From contig JAMWBK010000010.1 of the NCBI GenBank assembly GCA_029953675.1, positions 1,240,001-1,304,000 of the forward strand: a stretch of DNA of 64,000 nt. The letters are read 5' to 3'. The DNA comes from Rhodosorus marinus CCMP1338. Its lineage: Eukaryota > Plantae > Rhodophyta. The first letter of the stretch is position 1. Each line of letters starts with the position of its first letter. A program made the position numbers and the translations under genes. Of this stretch, positions 48,068 through 59,232 are shown piece after piece. The notes beneath the pieces were generated by a model. It was not told where the DNA came from. It was given only the letters and a program-made list of their open reading frames with translations, and searched no databases.

Positions 48068-50860
48068 ATGATCGCTGGGTTTCTAAATTCAGCTGTTGTC
48101 GATCGGCAATCGCGACATGGAATCCACAGTTGCACGCGTAGGGTGCGTTCCAAGTCAACTTCCGCGCAGGGTTATCGTCGCCGCTCAGAGGTTGTGATGC
48201 TCGCTGGCTCTGAAGCGGCTGTACTTGAGCCAGATGGCTTAGCAACTGGTGAGGCCGAGCCGGATGAGCCGAAGCGACCGCGAGCATGGAAGAATGTCCT
48301 GCTTGGATTATGCTTCGGTTTTATCGCGGGCATGATGGGTGCTTTAGCAGGTCTAGGAGGTGGTGTGATACTCATCCCTCTTATGACCGGCGTGCTTGGT
48401 ATAAGCCAACATGTCGCTCATGGTGCATCGCTCGTTGCCGTTGCATTCACTGCATCTGTTGGTGCAGCTTCTTACGCACTGAAAGGGGGCATTGTCAGAG
48501 TATCTACTGCGCTATTGATCAGTACTCTTGCAGTGGTAACAGCGAGAATTTCTTCCCAATTCGCCCAAGCAGTGAAGTCTGAAAACCTGAAATGGTGGGC
48601 GGCGCAGGGCCTAGCTAACATTCCTTGCTGGACATGGAAGCATAAGACCTTTCGCATGCTCACGAGTACATCCGCTCTGTAATTTAGGTACTTTGCGCAA
48701 TACTTGGTGTTCGCTTCGCTTCTACTCCTGGTTCAACCACTTTTTCAGCAGCTGCAGTTGTTCGGCGGCGTTCAAATGGAAGGGATGGATCTAAAAGTTC
48801 AAAATGGTTTCATCACCACCCTGCTTGGACTTGTCACTGGAACCGTCACAGGTCTCGTAGGCGTAGGTGAGAGTTGTGCATCAACAGAAGCCTTTCGAAA
48901 TCCTGAAAGATTTCAGATCATTGTTATCGAGCCAAGCCTGACCATCGCTTCCTGTACTGACGTTTGCCTGAAGGCGGAGGCACGATCATGGTGCCGGGAA
49001 TGACGATATTATTGGGTTTTGCACAGAAAACGGCGCAAGGAACAGCTCTTCTGGCCTCCATCGCTCCATCCATAGTATCGGCCACCACGTACATGGCATC
49101 CGGAAACGTCGTGCCTTCCCTGCTTTATGGAATCCTCCCTGGTGTTTCTGTTGGGTCGCTCGTTGGAGGTGAGGATCTTCAGCGGTGATCATCTTGTAGT
49201 TCTCTCATTTGTGGCTCAAACGTGTTCCGATTTCTTTTTTGGTTATGCCCCAAACCAGCGAACATCGCTGTCCGGTCCCAGGATGGTTTCTTACGGCTGT
49301 TCTGCGCTTCCTTGCTTCTCCTCTCGGGTAGGTGTAAAAAGCTCATCACAACCCCCAACCAAAAGCATGTCAAACCCGCTCGTCTCATAGATCACAACTT
49401 TCCTGTTCCGCTTTTGACAGGCTTGCGCACGCTACTTTCCACGAAAAGACCTGTTCAGACAGCCGAGGAAGAAGAGGGTAAGCGGATGGGGTTGCATTAG
49501 TCTCGTCCAGCTTTTCTGCCTTAAGAAAGTGCATGATTTGCTTACTTCATATTCGTTCGGTTATTGCAGATAACGAGATCCTGAAACCTAGCAAGAAGGT
49601 ACCAGAAGAGGGTTTCGTGACTAGCTCAAGATGTAAACTTCACTACAAGTACCTCAACCAAGGGGTCAAGGGAAAAAATCCACTGGTATTGCTGCACATG
49701 GCCCCCAGGAGCATGGACGAATTCAAAGAGTTCGTTGAGGAGATGGCAAATAATCGCGCCTGGAAGAGGTGCGGTGAGGGACCAGCAAGAGTATTTCTAT
49801 GAGTGTGAGTCTCACAATCACGTTTGTATCGACGCCATATGTTGTTGTGTTTCAGGCCGGTGATCCTCTTCGATCTACCAGGGTATGGGATTTCTGATCG
49901 GTTGAAAGATATTCCAATGAAGCGCTTAGCGGATGAAATCCTGCGCGGTTTACGAAGCCTGGGCATCAGGAGCAAAGTTGATGTTTTCGGTCATCTGCTT
50001 GGGTATGCACTTGCTGCGCGACAACGTTGTTTTGGATTTGCCACTCACTACCTATGGGCTTACAATGTTCCGTTATCGTCGCTGTGAATGCTTCAGAGCA
50101 CATGTGGCTATGTCCATGGCTAGTAGGAAGCCAAAACGGGTGAGAAGACTTGCTCTGGCTGATCCTATTTATCTCACTCCAGAGACCAGAGAGATGGTTG
50201 CGGGTTGGGCAAAAGGAGTGCCGAAGCCAAAGGTAATCAGCACAGATATGTTGCAGTAGGTCTTACGCGAGGATACCAACTCACACGACGATTCCTTCTC
50301 AATCGAATTAGATCGATGAGAATGGACAATTCCTCGCAGACGTTTGGAACAAGAGGTCCCACTTTGTGTCTCCGGATCTCAACTACAGGTGTGTTATGGA
50401 TGAACTGCGGGCCGCTGATACAGAAGAGAGTTCTTCCTTTTCGGTAGGTTTCATATCTTGGAGTTTTCGATACTCGTACTGCAGTGACTAGCCATACTTG
50501 TATTGAGCAGTGCTTCTGGCTCGTGATGTGTACAGGTTTCGAAGACTCCTATTGAGGACGTCTTGCCCAAAGTTAAAGCTCCAAGCCTAGTACTTTGGTC
50601 TTTAGGAGTGGTTGGATTATTTGACAGCTTCGGTTGGAAGATCGGAGAACACCGAGCGTTGGTAGGCACACACAGCTACTCCGTACGCGCTTTGCCTCAG
50701 TGGTCGCTGGTGATTCACTCTTCGTTTGTCTTCGAACTGATAGGTCGAAACAGGGCTACCTAAAGCTGACGTCATAGAGATAGCCGACGCGAATATTGAC
50801 GGCTTGTGCACTCAAACCAGCGCCTACTCGGATCCAGTGTTTGAGTACCTCGAATCCTGA
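48068..50860 (+). CDS. Plastid-targeted TauE/SafE (DUF81) permease, probably fused in frame to a C-terminal alpha/beta-hydrolase-fold domain
   Basis: Two TauE half-repeats (GALAGLGGGVILIP..AHGASL; GLVGVGGGTIMVP..AQGTAL). A phase-1 GTAAGC..TTGCAG intron (49478-49569) joins EEEE-G|AT-NEIL to LLHMAPRS..FDLPGYGISD..GHLLG..LALADP..KAPSLVLW..EYLES*. Confidence 0.8.
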
Positions 50861-51078
50861 GCCTCGGCGAACCTGTGAAAAATGCCCTGCGTCTAGTTTA
50901 TCGCTTTCCTCAAAACGATAAGCCCAAGACAGTCAATACCTAACGCCCCGCTAATACATCTGTGCAGAATAAAAAATTACTACTAGTGTCATAGATTTTC
51001 CGTTCAACGTGGTGTCCGGGTGTCTGCTACCTCATGCGGAAAAACAATTATGTTGAGAGTCAGCCTATAACCTGACTC

Positions 51079-53038
51079 TCACGGATTTGTCGTTGCCTGC
51101 CTCTTTTTTGCAAGTTGCTTCCACATCTCAGCTTCACTCAGCTCCTCCACCTCCTCCGCTTCCAGGTCTACGCGGATAGTTTTCAGCTTCTTACTTAAGG
51201 CTGTTGGAACTGCGGCAGCGATATAGGTTCCTTCAGCCAAGTACTGTTCGTATTCTATTGCTCCTTGGGTGTAGATTTCGTTCATAATGTCTCCCCGATC
51301 ATACGGAACAATTACTTCCACGTCGGTCATGAGCTCCGTAAGGACGAGACCAATCTCCGCTACGAGGTTTTCCAATCCTGAGGATTCGGGAAGGTTTGCT
51401 AAGGTTCAAACTGAAATACCTGAAAACCAATTTCATCAGTATTCACGAACCTTGTTTTTCCTTCGCCGACACTGCGATAGTATGCTCTCTTTCCACGGCA
51501 GCCAGCGATACATCTTCAAGTGACTCCTCCACCAGATCAAGCTTGTTCCACACGGTGATTGTTGGTTTATGTCCAGCGCCTAAGTCCTCAAGCACGGAAT
51601 CGACAGTCTCCTCGTGGGCTTCTCTCATAGGGTTCGAATAGTCGACGACATGGATGACGACATCCGCCTCCACGACCTCCTCCAAAGTGGCTCGGAATGC
51701 CGCGATCAGCTGCGTTGGCAGTTTTTGAATGAATCCCACAGTATCTGTACTTCGCACGGAACAAATCGTAGTTAGTACAATAAAGTAGCGCCGAAAAACT
51801 GCGGATTCGTCGAAAATCAACGCACCCGTTATAAGAACCTCTGGGTGAACGGCCATCTCCGGTAACTGTGCACGACGAGTGGTTGGATCCAACGTCGCAA
51901 AAAGCATGTCTTCTGCGAAAATTGTGGACGTTGTGAGCGCATTCACCAATGTGCTTTTTCCGGCATTCGTATATCCAACAACACTGACAGTTGGTATATC
52001 CATCTTCTTTCTAGAGTTACGTTGCCTCTTCCGATGAGCCCTGTGCGTTAGAAAGGTGGTCCCAACGTAACACTTTAGAACATCGGAAGGAAATCGGAAA
52101 TGCAATAGCCAATGAGGACCATGGACAATTCTGTTTGCATACCGAACGGATTCCAATGTTCTTCTAAGTGCCGAAATCTTCTCATTAATTATTCGCCTGC
52201 GAAAGCACAAAAAAATTGAGCTTGAGCGTCGTTACCCATCTTCAGATGTCCGACAAACTCCTGTCACCTCACCTGTCTGATTCAAGCTGGGTTTCTCCCG
52301 GCCCTCGCAACCCCACACCACCCTGCCCAGATTGTCTTTCCAGATGGGTCCACAGCCTGGTCAACCGCGGCAATCTGTATTGGTACAGGGCCAGCTCCAC
52401 CTGCAGCTGACCCTCGCGTGTCCGTGCGTGCTGAGCGAAAATATCGAGAATGAGGGCGGTTCTGTCCAACACTTTGATGCCTGGAAAAAGTCCGAATTTA
52501 GCCCCCGTCATTGGTACGTGGCACTGAAAGCTACGAAAAATGCCTTTTTCCTATCCTTCGCCTTACCTGCTTGTTCTCCTCCGAACGCTCTTTCCAGAGT
52601 GCGTTGCTGCGCGGGGGAAAGCTCATCGTCCAGCACGCACGTTTTCGCTCCAGTCGCAGCCATCGCCGTTTTCACTTCTCTGACTTTTCCGGAACCGATA
52701 TAAGTTGAAGTAACCGGAGCGCTCAACTTTTGAGTGTTAGACCCAACCACCTCCATCCCAGCGGTTTCCGCCAACTGTCCCAACTCCTCAAGAGACTCAT
52801 CAATCGAGAACATGGACCGATCTCTTGGAAAGTCGACCCCTACCAAATAACACTTCTCCGTGGGCTGAGTTTCCCGTCTCATATCCTCTTCTTCCTTGGT
52901 ACCATAGCCCATCAGAACACACCTCCTTCTCTCCCATTTTACGACCCGGCATTCCGCAGAATCAACATCCAACGAAGTCGAAGACCCTCGTCTGACTGGG
53001 CACCAACCCAGACCACCAACAAAACAAACACCAGACAT
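51079..53038 (-). CDS. hflX: Plastid GTPase HflX, multi-exon
   Basis: [94 protein letters not shown]; transit-like N-terminus. Confidence 0.95.
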
Positions 53039-54362
53039 TCTAACCAAGCAAGACAGAACTAAACAAAACAAGCACTCTCTACAATTCCAAATCACCTCCA
53101 CAATCCCTTCGCTCCGTGCAACAGAAAACTCATTCTGTTCAACCCCCGAAGTATACAGATAACCTAACCCCCAACCAAAACGACTACCGAACAACCTCTT
53201 CGCACTCAGAACGATTATGTAGGAAGATATTCTTATCTAATACAGCTCCGTTTCCTTACAAACCCCTAGAACTTCGCTCGCTTTACCTTCCAACGCAACC
53301 CATCCCAACGCTAGGTCCTCACCATCCCCATTAATGGTAAGCAATCGAGGATTTCAGAAAGGTATCTCATGTGATCGGACTATTTGTGAATATGAATCAG
53401 GGAGTATAAAAACTTCAAATTCATATTCATAAAATATCCGATCTTACTTATTTCATAAAACTTAGAGCAGTTTCTTGTGTTAATGTGAATTATATATTTT
53501 CTTGTGGGAGCTATCGGAGATGACTGAGAGTTGTACGTCTTGACGTCCGACAATGGATGGATGAGACAAGCGCGTTTGCCGTCTTGACGTTTTTCAGGAA
53601 TGTAGTTTCCACGTCATGATGTATGACGCCTTTTGACATGATAGGTGTTGGGATGTTTGAACTTTTTGCGTCGAGACGTATCACAGAGACGGGGTTCGCA
53701 GCGGATCGTATTTTTGCGTTTGCTGTCCTGATGTTTGAAGTGGTGCAGGCGGTTGGAAGGAGTTTCCATGCCATGATTGATGACTCTTAGAAACGGTATG
53801 GGATTCTTCTGCTGGAGTTGGAGGTGTAGAAGAGCTGACAAGGAGAACCTTGGACTCCTTGCGCACATCGCAGCGGGCTGGATGTCGAGCTCAGCAGATA
53901 TTGTCATGTGACGGTGGGGATTCCTGCCTAGTCGTTTTACAACTTGAGGACGCGCTCTGTGGGCGAGCGTACGAAACATAAGAGTCAGAGACAGATATGC
54001 AGTGACGGGAGGACGGATCTACATACGGAAGGTTTGCGGTGGGGGCCGCTAGTCGTCTGGGAAATCCTGATACGCCAGCTGGGCGCAATGGGCCATACTT
54101 GCTCCGCGATTACCGCAAGTCATCTGGGACAAAACAAACCTACAGAAACTGTCAGCGAATTCGATCCCATTACTAACCGCTACAGAACGTAATGGATACC
54201 GAGTGGAACTTCGCTAGCCGGCTCTGTATACTTGTTTTGCCTCCAAACGACTTGGAGTTCACTGATCGCCGAGCCAGCGCTTGCCGTCCTAGAAAAGAGG
54301 GAAAGCCTCCCTCCTCTGAAAGCCTAGTTGTCTCTTGAGGACAAACCGGAACCACGCTCGAA

Positions 54363-57300
54363 ATGCCTCAGAAATCAAACCGTCCGTGGTTTTACATCGT
54401 GACGTGTGACTCTTTCGGAAACAAGCAGGATATGTTTCACGTCGTGAAATTTGATGTGACGCCGGATTCTGATGAAGTTCCACGTCAAGATGCACAGCAT
54501 CTTCTAGAGAATTGGGGATTAAAACGGGTTTCCAAGCTCTCAAGTTGAAGGACGAACGGTTTGATATTTGCTCCAAATCAAGCTGTATGATTCGAGCAAG
54601 GAGACCGCGGTTTTTGTATTCAACTTGGGAATTCCTTTGCAGTCGGGTCCCGGAACCAAGGCATATCAGTTTGTTCGTATAGACTGGACTAGTTACTGGG
54701 AGTCTACTCACAGGGCAGCTCTTGAGAATGGATCACTGCAAACTGAAGCATCCGAACGAAGAAGCCGTCACTTTGGAAGGCCCCGCCGGCGTGTTTTGCG
54801 TAACATGCTCAAGAAACATGCTCACCGACGAGTATGCGCTTTCATCAATAAAGGTTGGTACGGCGACGAAATTGAAGCTGGTGAGTTGTGAAACATCGGT
54901 CAGGGAGTAGACTCCATTCTTGTCCATCGGGCTCGGCTGCAGCTGAACAAGAATGTTTTGAAAGGGAATATCTAGGAACGCCGAGAAGCTTCGAGGTTTC
55001 CTGGAAGGAAATCCCGAGGCTCTGCGACGTTTGTTTTGCTCGCTAACCACAGCGCAGATCCAGGCTGCAGGAAACTTGGACCAGGAACTGTCCACTTTGA
55101 CAACTGACATACAGGTACGGCCACCCGAACCCTCTTTCAACCGAAACATTCGTCCCGCTGAAGTAGGTGCTGGGAAGGTGTGGTTGGCGTTTTCCAGTAC
55201 TGGGTCATGGGTAGCTGAATGCTGTCAGCTGCTGTTGGTTTCACTACGGGACATAGGCGTAGATGCGACAGGCTTCGCTCAGATTCTCCTAGTTCTTGTC
55301 AGCATCGTGGACGAGGCAGAAAATTTGACCGTTGACCTGAGTGAAATTCTGTCCCTCATTGCTTCAGAGGTTGGCGCCCCTCTGCGAGATGCGATGTCGA
55401 AGCGGTTAGCTAGAAAATCCTCTGAGCTGGTTTCAAGATGTTTCATTCTGCTGTCAAAAGTGTTTGACAAACTTGCTCAAGCCGAAAAGGATCAGGTCAT
55501 TCTGGTGCTTTGCGAGTTGATCAAGCCCAGTTGCCCGGGTTTGTTGCCTTTCCGTTTGGTTGTTTTCATATTACAAGTCGTTTCGTATGGATCGCGACTG
55601 AAGCGACTCCTGATGCTTATATGCATGTTCAGATCATATCCGAATCGATGTTCTCTCCGCGCTCCTCGAAGGCCTACAGAGGCAAAGTTTGGTTCCGAGC
55701 AAGCACCATACCGAGCTCCTGGAGTCCTTCAAGCTCAGCCTAATGGCTGAAGACAGGACTGTTCGCAACCTCACCTGTGCTTCTTTAGAGGTCCTCGTCC
55801 TTCTTGACGAATACGCGCTTAAAACTTTGGAGTGCGGCCTGATCGACTACTTGTATGAGGTCATCAGGCAATCTGGAGAGCTTAAGGATGGACGGGACAG
55901 TGACTGTCTCTCCTGGTTGCTGAACATTCTGTATTCACTGGCCCATCATTTGCCTTTCAAGACTACTCTAGCCTATGGAATGCGCATCCTCCTGCAACAG
56001 ATGAGCCAAGTGGGTGCAGTGCACGCTGGACCTCTGTTGCGGTTGCTGGACCAGTGTCTTTCTTTTCCGGCATCCGAAACTTTCGAAGACCGAGACGCGA
56101 AATTTTACTTGGAATCTCTTCGAAGGATTTCCGATGAGCACTCGATCGTCGTCGATTGTGCTGGGTTGAGCGGACTGGTGGAGTGGTTTCGCCTCTCTCC
56201 AGAACTTATTGAGAACGTCGTACACGTTGTAGCAGATTCTGCCGCGCATGCGAAGGAATTCCCGAGCTTTTTGCACCCGATGCACACGATGAGATTGATT
56301 CTCTCGAAGCAGCTTCAAGAAGCTGAGCGAATGGACGAGAGGCTCAGGTCCAAGTTGCTTTCCTGCACTCTGGAGAGTTTGCTCCCTGTGAGCGCTTGCG
56401 TGACGTATCCACAGGATCTGTCATCTGCGGGCGACGTTTGGATAGAGGTGTTTGGCCTTGCAGCATTGGCAATGGACCCGGACATTCATGATGACGAGGC
56501 TTCTCTGCACCGTACTGGTGTTCATTGTCAACGTACGATATCGTTGACCAAAGTATTTGAGGTGCTTGAGAGAAACTCGAAAAACCTCTCGCTGGTGGGA
56601 ACGGGTCGGGAATTCTTGAGAAGCGTTGCAGTTGCCGTTCATCCGCTGTCCAAAGGGATCAAGCTCCTTAACTCGGAAATTCCCGGAACGAAATTGGAGT
56701 TGATCACCGGCGTAGAGTGCGGTTCAGCCGAGTGTTGTCTCGTTTTCTTGCTAAGCGAATATGAATCCGGTCAAGACTTCCCCGACGTCGAGGACGTCTT
56801 TTGCCGCGTGGCCAAATGCCTTAGCGTCAGGTCCGTATCCACTGCGCGGGAGCGATTCTGGCAGCTGCGAGTGCTCTGCCTTTGTCAGCAGAAAATGAGG
56901 TGCACTGCAGATACCCTTGCCAGCGGAGGTGACAGGCTACCCCGAGCGTTGTTTCTCGACATGTTGTCCTATGTTCCTACATCAGATGACGTCAATCCAG
57001 AGGTGGACACGGGGGTTTTGAGCTGGTTTCTTGCACAAGTGGAAAAACTGGAAGAACTCTACGTTATTGTTAATCTTTTCTGCAGACATAAGTTCTCGCA
57101 AATCAGCCGGCGCACGTTGCTTCTGGATTCACTGTGTAGCCGAACCGCGGCTGACTTGGGACTTGTAGAGGGTTTGTTGAAAACTGTTGCGAACAACAAG
57201 CCCTCCGAGATTGTCCCCGTCGCACTGGAAATGGCAACGCGATCAGTTGACTTCTCGGCAGCCGTCTTGAAGGTTGATGTGAACGTGACCTTCCTTTCTA

Positions 57301-58058
57301 CAGAGCGGTTCGTCAACTTTTACCTCCGTGCTTGGCTTCGTAGCGGTGTGGAAGATCTGGATGAATTCCCTCCGCGGCAAGCGCTCGGTTTCCTATTAGG
57401 AACCATGCAGAGGGACGGTGTACATGAGGGTGGAGTAAAGTTTTTGAGGGAATTCTGCAGACAGGCAAATATTCCGGGCAAAGTTTCTCCAGGGACCTCA
57501 GCGTCGATCAAGTTCTTGAGGACTCATGAGTTCATCTTGAGCTTGATCAGACAAGTACGAACGGATGCGCAGCAAAATCACTACCCACGCTTAGGACCAC
57601 ATGAGATGACTGGAAACATTCAGGCGGAGGTGTTACGTCTATTCTCGCATATACCAGAACTCGACCGAGAATTGTTCAGCTCCCCTGCCGAATGGGCTGA
57701 TAGAATAATGATTGAGTTTGAAAGGGGTCAGTACACAACTCTTGAGGCCGTTTTGGAGCTCATGTCTGCATCGACAAGCTTCCACAGCGAATTCAATCCA
57801 ACATCCAGGATGTTGGTTCTCATGGTGGCCAATTTATGCGCATCCGGTAAGCGACATCCAGCAAGCTATCGCTGTTTTGCCCGTCGGATACCAATTCTCA
57901 CGACGGCCACGTAAACAGACAATTTCAGGCTGAGCGCAGCAGCCAAATTCGCGATGGACAGGCTCACATCCTACTGGCCAGAAGCAAACCTTCTGACCTC
58001 GTGCACCACCGCAGCTCGCTTCTACATCCCGTACGAGACCTCGACGATATCTGAGTAG
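54363..58058 (+). CDS. Large hypothetical protein: possible ubiquitin-like segment followed by a long leucine-rich alpha-helical (ARM/HEAT-like) region; 5' exons unresolved (may begin ~53.5 kb)
   Basis: Long ORFs of 239 and 741 aa join in frame through an intron at ~55540-55632. The last exon after a GTAAG..AAACAG intron ends ..YETSTISE* at 58058. No family is recognised. Confidence 0.7.
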
Positions 58059-59232
58059 CGCAATCCCAGTTGAAGACTACCGACCTCTGTACAATCGATG
58101 ACAGCAACGGTCCAGATACCTGCGCTCAGCTCATTCCAACCGAAACTCTCACGGAGAGCAAGGGTCTTTATTGGTAGATCAGGATACACAAGCACTCTTG
58201 GGCTTATGAAAGAAAGCTCTTACGTCCAGTTAGGATCATAGGCAGAGCAACTTTGTCCATACCACATTCCAGTCAACAGTCAGAACAATACTAACCCTCC
58301 CACGATGATCAATCAATGAATCCTGCCATAGTATTTTCAAAAAAAAGAGCTATCTTCGATATCGACAATTAAGTAATAATAAAAAGAGACCAAGTCTCTA
58401 AAACCCTCATCAACAGTAAAAAAAAGCTAAAGTTTTGCGTACATCTTTCCCCCCCCCCCTCCTCCCCCTGGTTCATTTTCTTTTGATCTGTCAGAAACCC
58501 AAAACCCGGCCTCAAAAATTCGCAAATATAATAAAAGTTGTGAAGATATGGGTTTGTTGATAGTGAAGATTAGATTTCTGGTCGTTGCATAGAGAGGGGA
58601 AAACGATGGGGATCGGAAAAAGAAAAAAAAACACGGGGTTTTTGATAGGTGACGTCATTGTTGACCGAAACGGGAAAAAGTGATCACTAACATCTTTTTT
58701 TGGCCGATGTTGTTGTTGTTGTTGTTCGCCATCCTTGTTTTTCTTTTTTTTTGGTATTGTTTTGTTGGCCAAAAACGTTCCAAAGGAAACCTTCCTGAAT
58801 TTTGTTTTAGGCGGAGGTGGTCTACGTCTTTTAGAGGGATTTTCTAGTATCTAAACTGTTTGAGAATAGGGGGGGAAATTGTGATCTTATGTTTGGGGTA
58901 CAAAGCTGGGCATCAACGTGTTGAAGGTGAGCTTGAAGCTGTTTGGGAGAGTTTACTGAAGGGATTTGGGAGGAGGAGTTAGTTGATGCGCTCAGAGGAG
59001 GAGGAATAGGAGAATTCTCTCGTCCTTCTTTGTCTTGAAGTTTTCGTAGTGAGTTTTGCGGGAGTGTGTTTTGTGTTTTTTGTTGGCGTTTGCCTATGCT
59101 GTGATTTTTGTTCTCTCCGACCCTTTAAGAAGGAAGGTCTTTCCATTTTGGAGGGTGAGTGGTTGGAATCCGATTTAATTCCCGACTTTGTTGGGAAGTA
59201 GCCTTAAGTATCTCACCTTATTTCGCCTCAAG

